From positions 4,919,824 to 4,983,823 of the forward strand of contig MU054391.1 in NCBI GenBank assembly GCA_013239625.1: a DNA stretch of 64,000 bases, given 5' to 3'. How positions within the stretch are numbered: position 1 is the first letter of the stretch; the number at the start of each line of letters is the position of its first letter. The translations under genes and the position numbers were made by a program. Positions 36,291-50,770 of the stretch are shown piece by piece. This DNA is from Lama guanicoe. Lineage: Eukaryota. The notes under the pieces were generated by a model. It was not told the DNA's origin and ran no database searches. It saw nothing but the letters and a program-made list of their open reading frames with translations.

Positions 36291-37615
36291 TTCTCAAAGC
36301 CATGGATAAATCCTCAGAGTGGGGCAGACATGTGGTCCCTCCATCCTACAGAAGCTGGACTCAGAGATGTGGCGTGAGAGACCTGCACACAGCAGGCAGG
36401 GGACAATCCAGCATCTCCCCGAAATGGAAAAGGGGCTTCTGGGTGGAGGACCAAGATGCGGAATTTTAATACAAGATTGCATTCGTGTCCATAAAAAGCT
36501 GTCTCTTGAGCTTTTTTCAATTCAAGGATATTCGTTTATGAGGCTGTCTCTTCACAGGGTGAGCGCACAGCCCCAGGACGGCCCAAATGTTCCGATAGCC
36601 TCATCCCCACTCACCCTCCCTTCCTCATGCGCTCTGATATTGGAAAGGTGCCTCCCGGCTCTGAGTGTCTTTCTGGATGATGGTTCTGCAGAGGCTTTGA
36701 ATGTCTTTCTATTTCATCATAAAGATAATCTGAGACAGAGGCGGCAAGATCTGTTGAGCAGCTTAGCAGCAGGCGTTGTGTTTAGTGCCAGCTACTGAAG
36801 TAGGCACGCTGAGGAGTGCTGACCTGAGGTCGCAAGAATGTCAGGGGACCCTGCAAAGGACACACAGAGAGAGGATGGAGTCAGAGTGAGGGGAGGGTGC
36901 ACATTCGGGTGGGAGGGTCCTGGCTGAGGGCGCCAGTCCCAGCAAGTTAAGGACATTGGCCCAACAGGAATGGAAAACAAGGTTTTGCAACCACGTGAGG
37001 CAGAACGTTGCAACCGAGACGGCCATGCAGAACCCTTGAAGGTCTGCAATCCCAGCTCAAGTAAAGACTGAAAAATTACTCACTAGCCCAGGAAGATTCT
37101 AAGTAGGTCTATTTGTCAGCCTGAGCTCAGGCTGGGAAAGAAACATCTCCCTTGAAATTTCATAGCTGTAGATCTGCCTTCATGGGGAATGGAGGTTCAA
37201 ATATACATGACCTAGTTAGTTGGAGAAATTCTAATGCTGAGAAATTAACATAAAAATGGGGCCCTGGCTGGTGATGCCCCTTGGGGAGGGGGTTGGCAGT
37301 AGCAAATGCAAAACTTTTTTGGAGACAAAAGCCCTCCATACAGACCACACTCATATTGAATGGCTTGCAGAAAGTTAGTTTACAATTTTAAAAAAGTGTC
37401 AAACCCCTGAAAAAAATTGGCCATGAGAGAATCAGTAGATACAGTTAAGAGAAAGATTAGAAACCAAAGAACTATAAAGGATGAAGATGACTAAAATGAT
37501 TAAAGAAATCAAAGAATCAATTTAAAAATATAAGAAAATCACAGGATATGTTATATACAATTATTAACTGAAAACTTAATGCAAAAGTTAAAACCCAGAT
37601 TAAAAGCTACTAGAG

Positions 37616-39474
37616 CATCTCTATACACTAACAATGAACAATTTGGAAAGGAAATTAAGAAAACAATTCCATTTACAATAACATCAAAAATAAAATAAAA
37701 TAGTTAGGAATTAACTTAACCAAGGAGGCAAAAGACTTGTACGATTAAAAGTAAAAAACACTGCTAAAGTAATTAAAGAAGACATTTTTTTAAATGGAAA
37801 GATATCCCATGCTCATGAATTGGAAAACATAATATTGAAATGAAAGTACCACCCAAAGCAATCTGTAGATTCAATGCAATCCCTGTTAAATCACATTTTT
37901 TTTTTTGCAGAAATAGAAAAATTCATTGTAAAATTTATATGGACTCTTAAGGGACTCTTAAGCTAAAATAATCTTGAAAAAGAAGAGCAAAATTGGAGAC
38001 CTTATAGTTCCTGATTTCAAAATTTACTATAAATTTACAGTAATCAAAACATTGTGGTATTGGCATGAGTTCATGCATACTGACCAATGGAATAGACTAG
38101 AGAACCCAGTCATAAACCCTCACATGTGCGGTCAAATGATTTTCAACAAGGATGCCAAGACAATTCAACAGAGAGAGGACAGGCTTTACAACAAATGGTG
38201 CTGAGGAAACTGGATATTCATATGTGAAAGAATGAAGTGGACCCTTACTTAACGCTATGTACACAAATTAACTCAAAATGCATTAAAGACATAAAAACGC
38301 AAGAGGTAAAACTCTTAGAAGAAAATATGGCATAAGCTTCACAACACTGGAGGCAGCAGTGATTTCGTGGACATGACACCAAAGACACGGGCAAAAATAA
38401 ATAAAAATAGACAAACTGGACTTCATGAAAATTTAAAACTTTGTGCACCAATGGACAATATCAACAGAGTGAAAAAGCAACCTACAGAATGGGAGAAAAT
38501 ATTTGCAAATCATACATCTGATAAACGATTACTATCCAACACATATAAAGGACTCCTAAAACTTAATGACAAAGAAAAAAATAATAAAACCCAAGCAACC
38601 CAATTCAAAAACAGGCAGAAGACTTCAATAGAGTTTTGTCCAAAGAAAATACATGAATGGCCAATAAAACTTGAAAAGATGGTCAATATCACTAATCATT
38701 AAGGACATGCAAATCAAAATCATGATGAGATATCATTTCATATCCATTAGAATGACTCCTATCAAAAAAATCCCACAAAACCCAGAAAATAGCAAATGCT
38801 GGGGAAGATATAGCAAAGTTGGAAATCGTGTGCACTGTTAGTGAGAATGTAAAATGATACAGCTGCTGTGAAAGACAGTGCAGCAAAAATTTACAAATAG
38901 AGTTACCATATATTCCAGCAATTCCACTTTTGGGTATATACCCAAAAGAATTGAAACACAGTCTCAAAGAGAGATTTGCATGCCTGTGTGCACAGCAGTA
39001 TTATTCACAATAGCTAAAACATGAAAACAATACACGTGTCCATCGACAGATGAATAGAAAGCAAAATGTGGCCTATACACACAATGCAACGTTACTCAGC
39101 CTGAAGAAGGAAGAAAATTCTGGCATGTGCTACAACATGGGTGACTCCTGAGGACATTATGCTAAGTGAAATAAGCCAGACACAGACAAATCCTCTATGA
39201 TTCCATTTATATGCAGGCCTTACGATACAGTCAAAATCTCAGAGACAGAAAGTAGGAGGTGGATGCCAGGGGTTGGGGGAGGGGGAAAGAAAGAGTTATT
39301 GTTCAATAGGTAAAAAGTTTCAGTTCTGCAAGATGAAAGAGTTCAGAAGATGAGTGGTGTTGATGGTTGCACAACATGAATGAACTTTGTTACCACTGAA
39401 CTGGACACTTAATTGTAGTTAAGGTGGTAAATTTTATATTGTGTGTATTTTACCACAATAAAAAAAATTTTTTT
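37616..39474 (+). mobile_element. L1M (L1MB-like) 3' ORF2 and 3' UTR fragment
   Basis: Degenerate ORF2 peptides (PDFKIYYK..VIKTLWYW...DQWNRLENP; KKQPTEWEKIFANH.SDKRL), A-rich end, TSD AAGCTACTAGAG at 37604-37615 and 39475-39486. Confidence 0.9.
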
Positions 39475-40884
39475 AAGCTACTAGAGAGAGAACTGGGAGA
39501 TAGACCTGAGGAAATAAGGCAGAACACAGCATAAGAGATAAAGATGTCACAAATAGGGAATCGAGGCAGGAGACACAGAGGCTGGAAAGAGAAGACCCCA
39601 CACAGAGGACAGACTTTCCAGAAGGTTGTGGCAATGGAGGGGAGGGCATCGCAGGGAGCAAGCAACTTGAACTTTGGACAGGTCTAAATAGTAGAAAATC
39701 CTTTATTAGTCAAGGTGACAGGCCACACGCACATATGTCCTAAGACTTAAGAGAAACTTCAGCCACACAAGGCAGAGTTCCCAGGTGAAGTAATACAGTG
39801 GCCTTGGACATGGACAGGAAGGTAGTCAGTTTCACTCAGACTAAGTGCAGATGGAAACCACCTGAGATGCCAGTTCTCCCCGAGCAGACGGACGGAAGAC
39901 TGAAGGTGGCTGAGCGCTGGGTTGACAAGACTGTGTTCCTACACATCTTGAATACTGTTGATAATAAAATGATACAATCCCGAGGTGGAGGAATTGGACA
40001 ATATCCAGCAAAATTATATACACATTTACTCTTTCACTCAGCTGTCCCGTTCCTAGGACTGTATCCCAAATTCACGCTAGCAAAAGTATGACATCGTATA
40101 TGCTCCAAGTTCATAGACATGGCATTACTTTTAGAGTCAATGTTTGGAAACAACCCAAATGCTGTGGTTCTAGGTGCCGCAGACACCAGGACCCCTGCCC
40201 TGGGAGCGTAAGTTCCAGCACTGAGAGACAGACAGAAACAAATAAACTGCATTGTAGGGGAGGGCGAGAGAGGCTGCAAGGAGAGCCAGGTGTTGACTTA
40301 CTGTGTCTCTGCTCCATCCTCTGCGGTGGCAGCTCTGCAGGGTCAGAATGGCCAGCTGACAGAGGGCCACCACGTGCAGGAGCTGCCCTTCCAGAGGCTC
40401 CCTGGGGCTCCCTGAGGCCCCACCCCAGCGCATCTTCACCCTGGCCTTCCTGCAGGGCACCTGGTTCCAATTTGCAATTTTCCAACTTTGGAAGAGCCTG
40501 CCCACCTCTCCCCTCTCTGAGACTCCAGCATCAGCCCAGAGGGACCCAGGAGAGCCTCTTCCACACCAGTGAGCAGCGTCCCCTCCTCCCAGTGTCTGAG
40601 TGTTAATTCCAGCAGAGTCCAGCCTTCCTCCCGCGTGCCCTCAGCCCTGCCATCACTACCTCTGTGACATCTTAGAGTTCTTCTTCCAATTTTCCAATTA
40701 CCTAGTTAACACTTCACACTTTGTTAACAATTGTAATGTCCCTGTTAAAGGTCCTGACCAGACTCTGGCTGGTGCATTTGGTCCAACCCCTTCACGTCCC
40801 TGGATGACATGGAGCCCAGATCACTTGGCGGAGAAACCCTCAAGGCTCACCAAGTCCTGCATTTAAAGCAGACTCTTAGTTATG

Positions 40885-41352
40885 TGTTGTTTCTCTATTT
40901 CTGTATAACTGAGCACCCCAAAACTCAGTAGCTTAAGACAGAAAGCATTGATTACCTTGCTCAGTTTCTGAGGGTCAGGAATCGGGAGTGGCTTTGCTGG
41001 GTGGCTCTGGATCGAGGTCCCTCAACCCAAGGCTGATTATGCTGGAGAATGGACTTCCAGACTCCCTCATGTGGTGGCTGGTGGGCCTCTGCCCCTCACC
41101 AGCTGGTGGCCGGAGACCACGAGGGCCTCTCCCTAGGGCTGCTCACAGCCGGGCAGCTGGCTTCCCCTGGAGCAAGGCAGAGAGGCGCTGTCCAAGACAA
41201 AAGCTACAGTCTTACTACCCAAGTCCCGGAATTGACATCCCACCACTGTCGCTCACAGACCAACCCTGGCACATGGCGTGGGGACCACAAGGGTGTGGGG
41301 TGTGAACACCAGGGGGTGGGGGCCACTGGGGCCATCTTGGAGGCTGGCTACA
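40885..41352 (-). mobile_element. MaLR LTR (older MLT1 subfamily)
   Basis: CCCCAAAACTCAGTAGCTTAAGACA...GGGTCAGGAAT...GGGGCCATCTTGGAGGCTGGCTAC. Confidence 0.7.
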
Positions 41353-41942
41353 CAAGGTCTTTTGATGAAGAATGTTGGCTTATGGGGTGGGATGGGATCG
41401 GGGCCAGCCAGGGTGTCCCAATTCTTGTTGAAAATAAAGGGACCCCCCCATGAGCAGACGCTGATCCAGAGGTCCCACGGGGAGGAAACAGCCAACTTCC
41501 TACCGCAGGCACCATTTTAGAAGCTCTTTGGAAACATTTGGTGGAAATGGCAGCGATAATTTTGGCTGTGTAACTCCTCCAGGCATATCTTGCTGTGTCA
41601 CTAAAACTCTCAATTTAGGAACTATGCTGGCATTTCCTCCGGCTGATAAGATGTCTAGGTGTCAGTGGCTTACACGTGTCTCTTTTAGTGATAGCCAATA
41701 TATTCTAAACTTATTAACAAGACCACATGGTTTTTTGACATGGTTTTTTTAACTGAAGAAAAAATAGCATATTAAGTAACCACACATCACAGAACATCGT
41801 AACTCCTTAGACCATTTTACCTTTCCCAAACGTTACTCCCAGCTGATTTAATACTTGGTTATAAGAGGAACCTTGAACTGAGATAAATAATATTTCCACT
41901 TTTACAATGGGAAGGATAATTTGGGATATCTGAAAGACTAGG

Positions 41943-42043
41943 TAGATAGATAGACAGATAGATTAGATAGATAGATGATAGATAGATAGATGATAGATTG
42001 ATAGATGATAGATAGATAGATGATAGATAGATGGATAGATAGA
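41943..42043. repeat. (GATA)n microsatellite
   Basis: Directly visible imperfect GATA array. Confidence 0.95.
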
Positions 42044-43119
42044 ACACCATACTATTAAAAGTTTTGGGCTTGAAATGATTATTCTATCAATAAATGGAAT
42101 GGCCAAGGATAAACTTCAGTTCTTCCCTCCCCCTGCCCCAGCTATAATATGTATACAGCTTGTTTGGGGGAGATATTTACTTATTGGAAACATACACACC
42201 ATTGACAGCGTTCTTCAGTCTCACCATTGAAAATGACACCCTTCAAGTCCAAGTGACTGGTTGACATGGATAAAAGGACTAACATTCTGGAAATGCTGAA
42301 CGTGGCCCGTGGGCCAATTTCACACATCTATACATAGGAAGAGGGTAGCTTTGTGTAGCATCTGATAAAGACAAAGGGCCTGAATCCTAAGCCTTGTGTT
42401 GATATGCAATCTGAAAATAGTACATATTGAAGATTTTTATACACTTCAACATTTTCTGTGTAAGGCCTTTACATCCTTAGTTATAGGCAAGAGCCCAAGT
42501 TTTCTGAGATGCCATAGCCAAACCATCAGTGAACTAGAAGAGGGAAAAAAAAAACCCCAACTCTTACTGGAGGCCATATGCAAGAGAGAGATAGTGACAG
42601 TGTCTGAAAAGAAAGCCACTTCTATTTTTTACATCTTTTTCACTATAGTAAGGGTGTAAATTTTAACTGACATTTCCCAATGAAGAAAAGCATTCTGGAG
42701 AGAGAATAAAAAATGGAGGCGATTACAGACGAAAAGTGTGTTGAAAGCTTCAGCGCTGAGGGAAAGTATCTACTTGATTTCAAATATTTTCAACCGAGAG
42801 TTTCCTGCCCCACACGAACCTCAGGGGCGCTGCGTGGAGAACAGAGCTTCTGGGAAGCCTGTGGAAGAGGAGGGAGGCTGTGAGGCTTTGACCCTGGGCG
42901 TGGGCAGGAACGAGCTCTCAGCCTCACTGGAAGCAAAGTGAGAGATGCTTGCAGCTCCTTCATGCTTCTGCAATTCTCCCCCTGCCCTGGAAGGTGACCA
43001 GCGCTCCCAAGTCAGGCTGGGATGAGCCAGCATGGAGCAGAGCTGTTTCCCATCCGTCTTCTGCCACGATGGAATCATAGGAGGCTGTGTATTTGTCTCC
43101 TCTCTCCCTGTAGTGATCT

Positions 43120-43636
43120 GTGACTGCTGGTATTTTCCAAAACTGACTGCACAAATATTTCCGGTCCCCCGTGCTCTCCTGGAACCTTGCTACTCCGGCA
43201 GTTATGAGGTGGGGTCTGTCTCCTGCCCTTGCACCTGAGCGGTGAAGCCAGCAGAAGGGATGCTCCGTGAATTCCACAGCTAAGTCATAAAAGACGGTAC
43301 AACTTCTGCCCCATCCTCTCTCTCAGCCTCAGGACATTCAGCCTTGGTGTGTGTAGCTGCCATTTTGTGACGAAGCCCAAGCCTCAGAGACGGACGGTGA
43401 TTAGGGGTTGCCACCGTCAGCTTCCTTCCCAGCTGGTGGCACACCACCCATCAGACACGTGAGAGAGCCCTGCCACCATCTGACCAGAGCTGCACGCAAG
43501 ACCCTAAGCAGGAAGACTGAGCTGAGCCCAGTCAGCCCCAGAACAGTAAGAGAAATATTTATGAAATGCACATATATCATTGTTGCTGTTTTTGCCAGTC
43601 AGTTTGGGGTGATTTCTTACATAGCAATTGATAACC
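43120..43636 (+). mobile_element. MaLR LTR (older MLT1 subfamily)
   Basis: Ends GTTTGGGGTGATTTCTTACATAGCAATTGATAAC, a typical MLT1 3' terminus. Confidence 0.6.
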
Positions 43637-43910
43637 TGAGCATGGTCTGAAAAGGTCAGACATCACGCAGGCTAGAAATTACGATCTCCAAATACTCTTT
43701 TGATATAACATCCTTAAAGGATTCTGAAAAACCGTATATCTGCTCACACGTCTTTGAGTTGCCATCGAACATTTCTGTTACAAGTTTAAAAGGCTGCAAA
43801 ATAAAGTTTCACCCAAAACCATTATATTATTCTCTTAAGGGCATCTCCTGGAGTATGAGCACAATTTGATAGCCTTGATCACCCACATTTAAAATAAAAG
43901 AACAGAGGGA

Positions 43911-44040
43911 GGGGAGGGTATAGCTCAAGTGGTAGAGCGCATGCTTAGTGTGCGTGAGGTCCTGGGTTCAATCCCCAGTACCTCTTCTAAGAATAAATAA
44001 ACAAATAAACCTAACTACCTCCCCCCACCAAATAAATAAA
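43911..44040 (+). mobile_element. tRNA-Ala-derived SINE (camelid Vic-1-like)
   Basis: GGGGAGGGTATAGCTCAAGTGGTAGAGCGCATGCTTAG...GGTTCAATCCCCAGTACCTC head with Pol III A/B boxes, A-rich tail, and a CCTAACTACCTCCCCC tail segment similar to the 46.5 kb copy. Confidence 0.85.
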
Positions 44041-46546
44041 GGGCATGCACAAAAGAGTTTTTAAATAACAAAATACCAGAATCATTTCTTCTTGGTAAAG
44101 AAATTTCACGTTGTTTCTTTTTCACCCTCAACTAATGTTCCTATTCCACTCTGCCACAAAATTTTATCCTATTGTAATGTGTTTGCATTTGAAAATCATT
44201 CATTTATTACCCTAGTATGCCTTTCTGCAAAAAGAACATATATATATATATATATGCACATATATATTAAAGCTATAAATAGTTTTTTGTTTCCAGTTAT
44301 CACAAACCATTCTTCAACACTGAAACACTTTTATAAACATTAAGATAATGTTTAACAGGAAATAAATTTCTTAAGGAGACAGGGAAGGCTGTTTTTCAAT
44401 TATTTTGAGTATCCGTGGATGAATATTACTTTCTGTAGAGCGAGCCAGAGATCAGCATGCGTTTTAATCCCGGTATTTTTATTTGTATAGATTTAAGTGC
44501 CAAGAAACCTCGCTCACATAAATAAGTAGATGGAATTGGAAGCTGTTTTGAAAGAGCAATGTCATGCATTCTTTCAACTTCTTCCAAGTTATATGCTAGA
44601 AATTACATAGCAATTCATTATCAAACTTTATTTTTAGTATTCTGTCCCATGACAACTTGATTCCATCTCGCTTCCATTTTATTGGTAGCAAAGGACTGGA
44701 AATCACTGGGCTTGAACAGTTCCCCAGAAAAGTTTTTAGGGAACGAAAGAAGAAGGGGGCTTTCGATGGCCTTGCGAAGACCTATAGCCAAACTTCCATT
44801 TTTCATCCTGCTTTCACCTCTGCCTCTAGGGGGCACCCCCGGGGCTCCCAGAGCCCTTTGAGGGCGTTTGAGGACCTGGCACAGCAATTCTCCTCTCTGT
44901 AGGGGCCCCTTGGCAAGCGCCCAGGGGAGAGCTTGTTTCTCTGCTAAGTCACCGCACGCCTCCCTTGGCTTTCTAGTGACAGTATTTGTTGAGTCCCGTC
45001 CCTTGCTGTCATCTCGCTTCCTGCGGGCTTCATTCCTGCAGGCTGATGCATCACGATGGAGAAGAAAGAGATGCAAGTGTCCGTTCTCCTGTTCTTAACT
45101 GGCAGCAAAGTAACTAGTCAACAGAACGTGCAAGTACGGAGACTGAACCCAACGAGTGTTTACACGCTAAAGACAAGCCTGGGGTGGCTCCCCTCCTCTG
45201 GAACCTCATTGGTTTTCCAGTCTGCTCAATGGTGGATTTGCTTTACTGATATTTTCAAAAGTCACTTGGAGGAAAGGCTTTAATTAAACGAATTGCTTTA
45301 CAGGAAGTTCTATGGAATACTGTCCTACACGTCGCTCTGGGGAAAAAGGATTCGGGGTGGGATGTAATTGGAAGAGACTGCACACCACTTTCTCTTCTTA
45401 GAGTTTCAAAATATACCTTGGAAGTTCTAATAAATTATGGAAGAAAAAAACCTATTTGATTGGACTTTCTAAACTTGTAGGACCACAAATCCAGTTTTTC
45501 GTGTAACACCTGTTAGCACCCTCACCTGAACAGCCCGCAGAGCATCCCAAGGGAAAGGCTGAACTGAGGGATAAATCTGGTGACAGATTTTGGTCTGAAA
45601 CTGTTTCTCAGAAAGCCCCTTTCAGCCGGGCCCTGGATGTGGTGAGACCGGCAAACCCTGTCCAGCCCTCCGCCTTGTGAATTATCTGATGGTCCTTCAG
45701 CGTGTGTGGATGACACGAATGAGGTGGAGGGACTCGCGACCTCCGGCTTTGAACCGTTCCGCAGACCGCAGAGGGACAATGCAACGCGCCTCTCCTGTGT
45801 GGTTTTGACGTGTGCGCTTTTGGGGATACTAGGAATGTAATTTTCCAGTGCAAACTTTACACTTTGTTCCTGGGTCACAGAGAAAACACTACCTTTCATC
45901 AGCAATTACTGTTTCCCTCAAATCCACGCTATTTTTGTCCAGATTCCTCTGAAAGACCAGAACAAATGCTAAGCTTTTGATTTCTCCACTTGCCACTCGA
46001 ATTCCTGGTACAGATTTTAAATCTTACCTTGTGTCAAGCTGTCCTTGAGAACATGTGATTTGCTCTCAAAAGTTAACTGTTTCGGCAGCCCTTGTCCCAC
46101 CGCTGAGGTCACAGCTCTTACCTTTTTCATCGTCGTGTGAGTGGCCAGTCGTCAGCATCTTCTATTCCGGGTACAATTTTCCCAGCCACACTCTCACCTG
46201 TGAGGTCATTTCCTTCCAATTAAATCCCTCTTAAAATATTTACATTTTACGTGAAAATTTGACTTCACATAATCTTTGACATTCTTTGCTCCAAATAATG
46301 GTAATTCCTTTTAAGCCAATGCATGATACATTCTTCTATTTTTTAAGGCTGCCAGACCAAGATTAATTTAGACAATGTTGAGATTAATGCTGCCACAAGC
46401 CAAAGCAAGTTGCAACGTGCTGGAAAAGATTCTGAGTCCAATTTTTAATTTTCAAATTAAGGGTGTTACATTGGAGTCTTTTAAGCTTTTATTCTTCTGT
46501 TTGTTGCTAAGCTCAGGACTCTTGTGTTTCCATAAATTATGCCATA

Positions 46547-46709
46547 GGGGAGGGTGTAGCTCAGTGGTAGAGCGTGTGCCTAGCATGCACAAGGTCCTGG
46601 GCTCAATCTCCAGTCCCTCCATTGAAAAAAAAAAAAAAAACCTATTTACCTCCCACCCCAAAGAGAAAAGACAAGTAAACAAATAACAAATAAATAAAAA
46701 TTTTAAAAA
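46547..46709 (+). mobile_element. tRNA-Ala-derived SINE (camelid Vic-1-like)
   Basis: Same head as the 43911 copy, poly(A), CCTATTTACCTCCC segment and A-rich tail. Confidence 0.85.
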
Positions 46710-48389
46710 GCATGACTGTGAATAACATTTTCATTGCTTATCATTCATTAAATATTTCTAAAATTTTTGAGATTCCATTATTTTTCAACTTATTACAGGT
46801 TTTTCAGTAGTAAATTCTGTTAAGTTGCTACACACCATGTTCAGATTTGACCCTTGGCCCGGTCCCTTGCTCATGGCCGTGGCTGCAGGCACGAAGGTAC
46901 ACATGGACACTCCCTTGGGTTGTGGTGAGTTTCTTAGCTTTAAGGGATAACCCAGACAAGTGTATTTCAGCAGAAGACACTGTGCCAAGAAGGCACAGTG
47001 GGAGGGAGAAAAGACCACGCTCCCTGGCACGGGCGGAAGTGAAGACAGGCTCGCAAAAATGACAGCCACCTGTGAATTCAGTTTCCTGAAGATCTTGGTA
47101 ACATTCGGGGGAAACTAGGCAAGTGGACAGCCTTAGCTTAGAAATCAATCTGCGCAGGAATAAATGGGGACCCTATTTTGAAGGGCCCTGAACATCCATC
47201 AGAGATGGTTAGAACTGGATCCTTGGAGTGACGGGAGGGTCGTCACCACTATTAAGCAGGAAGCGAACTCTGCGTTTTCAGAGGCCCCACTGGCGTGATG
47301 TGCAGAGGAGGAGGAGGGGAGGAGGTGGCAGGCAGGTGACGGTGGGGGCCAGATTCAAGGTGGAGGGACCCAAGGGGACGGTCTGGAGAGACACTACAGA
47401 GAAGAGCTCAGAGCGTGGTGACTGATGGGTAAGGGAATGGGAGAGAGGAAGCAAAGACAACCCCGTTTCTGAGCCTGAGTGACGGAGATACTTATGGCGC
47501 CAGCGACAAGGAGGAGAACACAGCCGGGAGAGCTGGCTCGGGGGCTGGTTTTGAGCTGTGCCTGTGGGGCGACCCCGACATCTGGGAGGAACGCTCAGCT
47601 GGTGCTGGAGGACAGGCAGGTCGGAGTTCTGGGGCGTGCGGCACGTGCTCCCTGTCACACCCAGCACGCCAGGGCCAGGGATCACAGCTGGTTTCTCCTC
47701 GCATCACTCCAGAATAAAAGGTCCCGATTTTAGTCTGTTTCAAATGACAATCTCTTGTGCTCACAGTGGTCACTCACTCCCACTCCTGAGACCCTGGGTA
47801 AGGTTTCAGGATTGTCAAAGCCATCCAGACATGGACTTACCCCGGGGAGGTTTACAGATGCAATAAATCAAAAGAGATTTTTCTTTCTGCGATTTTCTTC
47901 TAATCACAAAAACCACGTTTCTAAAAATAACTCAAATCTAGAAATTTGTAATCAACAGTCCAACCTCTTGCACACATCCAACAGGAGACAGGTAACACAC
48001 ATTCTTACAAACCTTGCAACCAAAATTGGAAACTACCCAATACCCAGTAAGGTAAATAGATTATGTGAGACATATTCATGTAACAGAATACTCTTCTGTA
48101 GTGAAAAGTAATGAATTACAACTACATACATCACCAGGGGTAAACCTCAGACAGTGTTTAATGAAAGAGGTAAGTCAAGGGTAAACACTATGGTTTTATC
48201 CATAGGAGATCAGAATGCCAGGTAAACCTGTTCAAGGACACGGACGTTAAGTGAAAGAACATAAAGGTAAACAAGGAAATGATTATCACAGAAGGGGGAG
48301 CACTTCCAGGAGAGACACACGAGGGACTTCTAAGATATTGGCACTTCCTATTTCTTAAACTTGCTGTGGTTCACGGCTGTTTGCTTTCT

Positions 48390-48635
48390 GACTGTGGCAT
48401 AGTGAGAAATACATATATGATCATTGGCCCACATTCCTAACACAGAGATCCTAAACTTCTCGGAATTTCCTGGGTGATACAAGAGACTTTTTTTCTCGTG
48501 GTGACTCTGGGTGGCTCCTGGATGGCTTCAGGATGGGGCTAGTGACCAGAAAGACCAAGCCATGCTGAGAAGCCTGGAACTTTCAGCCCCACCCTCCATC
48601 CTCTGGGAAGGAAAGAAGGATTGAAGACCGAGTGT
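48390..48635 (+). mobile_element. ERV LTR fragment (MER21-like)
   Basis: GGATGGGGCTAGTGACCAGAAAGACCAAGCCATG...GGAACTTTCAGCCCCACCC motif. Confidence 0.55.
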
Positions 48636-49090
48636 CTGGAAGACACACTGGCTGCTTTGAAGTCTGAGTAGTGCCTACAGGTCCTGGAGGAAAGAGCACC
48701 CGGTTTCTAGTGATGAGGGTTCACGGACAAGAGGGATCTGGACTTGTGAGCAGGGTCACAAGAACCACCTTCTTGGCCTAGTGCTAAAGCCAGGTGTGGC
48801 CAGAGCCCCTGCCCTGTGACCACACGGTCCTCCCTGGACCCTGCCAGGCCCCCAGCAGCGGCAGGTGGACAGAGAGGCTGAACCTGTGTCCTGAGTGCAG
48901 AGGCACGGAGCTGGGGGCTCCTGGCAGCAGAGCGCGGGCACCAGCACCCCCAGCAGAGGAGATGTCGGTGGGACCTGAGGAGCAGCAAGCTGGGAGGCAG
49001 TTTCTATTCAAGGCGGACGTTAGCACTTAAGAGGTCTAATGATGAAACACTGGGTTCTGCTGGCCAGAAGGTGGCCCAGAGGAAGAGGAC

Positions 49091-49461
49091 TGTTAGGGAC
49101 AGAACGTTTGTGTCCCCCCAAATCATATATCAAAACCCTCCCGGACACAGAGCTGGTACAAGGAGGTGCAGCACGCAGGAGGTAATCAGGGTTAGATGAG
49201 GGCGTGGGGTGGAGCCCTCCCGGTGGGATTAGTGCCCTTACAGAAGTCACGGGAGAGCCCCCGTCCTCCCCTGCTCTCCGCCACACGAAGACGCGAGGGG
49301 CAGCCGGCTCTCTGTAACTTGGAAGAGCGAGCTCACCAGAACCTGGCTACGCCCGCACCCTGATCGTGGACGTCCAGGCTTCAGAACCATGAGGCATACA
49401 TTCTGCTGTTTATAAGCCACCCAGTCTACGGCCCTTTGTCACAGCAGCCTGAGCTAAGACG
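49091..49461 (+). mobile_element. MaLR LTR (MLT1A-like)
   Basis: GTTTGTGTCCCCCAAA...GGGATTAGTGCCCTTA...TTTATAAGCCACCCAGTCTA...GCAGCCTGAGCTAAGAC; reverse counterpart of the 15.2 kb element. Confidence 0.8.
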
Positions 49462-50539
49462 AAGGTAAAATGAAGCTAAAAGTGGGCTGAAGGCAAACCA
49501 TTCTATGTAGCACAAACGTTATTTGTAATAATATGACCACTTGATAATTTCCTCATCTGTAAACACGAGGGAGCTGGACCAAATGACCACAAAGTTTTCC
49601 TCTCATGCTACACGCTCATGATCGTCCCTCAGAACCACCCAAATGTCTGCAAACTGAGTTCTCACACATCACCAGAGAGGCAGAAGGCATAGGTGGGAAG
49701 GCTACAGTAACTGGCTTTGTTATTAGACCGGAGTTCAAATTTCTGCTCTAACACCCAGGCAAGGTTTTTAACCTCTCCCAGCTTTAGGTCCCCAGTTACA
49801 AGACAGGAAAAGTATCTGCCTCCCAGTATCACTGCAAAATGTCACCCACCACCATCTCAACCCACCGTCTGTCCACTATGCCTGACATGTCTGTTGGTCC
49901 CTTGCCTTTAGCCAGTAGTTGTCATTATGAAAGATAAAGAGTCCCATTTTGCCCAGTTTCTTTTCTGGAGACAGTGACCAGAATCTTTAAAAAAAAAAAA
50001 AACTCTACTGCAGTAATGATTTTTTAGACATGTATCACTTATCTATTAACATTTATTAAGCCTTCATGCTGTTCAATAATAGAATATAAAGGAAAACACA
50101 TTTTGTGGTATTTAAGATTGTAATCTAGCACAGAATACTGACAACAGATGCACAGAAGGGCAAGTATGTGAACGTCACACAACAGTAAGACAGCAAATAA
50201 AATGAATATATCCAACATTATGTACAAACTTCAAAGTAATGGTCTAATCCATGAGTAATAATGGGATAAAGGACACTTTAAAAAAAAATCATATTTTTAA
50301 CCAAAAATTGAACATTGTTGCAGAATAACTGGTAGGAACAAAACTGTTTGATGTTTTTAAAAAATGATTTTTCCCTATAAATATGATTTACACAGCTGTA
50401 GATTTTTTTTAAGATTTTAATCTTTCTTAAACCCCAAACTCTATTTTAAAACAAGTAGACGATGATGATACAACAAATAAAGCTATAATTAAAATGTATC
50501 TTGGAAAAAATGGAAGAACTGACTCATCCTTAACTAGCT

Positions 50540-50770
50540 GAAAAACAGTAAGTATAATGTGATGTAAAGAGTGGGCACTGGAGCCCGCGGCCTGGACGTG
50601 GGTCCGGGAGCCGTGTGAGCTTGGGAAGCCACTTGGTCTCTCTTGCAGTTTCTCACTTGTAAATTGAGGGTAACAGTAATTACTTCATGAGGTTGTTGTG
50701 AAAATCAAATTAGTTAATAAATGTGGAGGCCAGGCGCATAATGTGTTCAATAAATGTAAGCTATTCTTAT
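50540..50770 (+). mobile_element. MIR SINE
   Basis: GGCACTGGAGCC...CAGTTTCTCACTTGTAAA...GGTTGTTGTGAAAATCAAAT...TCAATAAATGTAAGCTATT. Confidence 0.7.

Noticed and set aside
37974..38702. ORFs with L1 ORF2-like peptides
   Set aside because: Fragments of a decayed L1 with stops and frameshifts; not genes.
43911..43985. tRNA-Ala genes (also 46547-46620 and 59795-59871)
   Set aside because: Diverged stems, A-rich tails, no Pol III T-run terminator right after the body and multiple dispersed copies: these are SINEs, not tRNAs.
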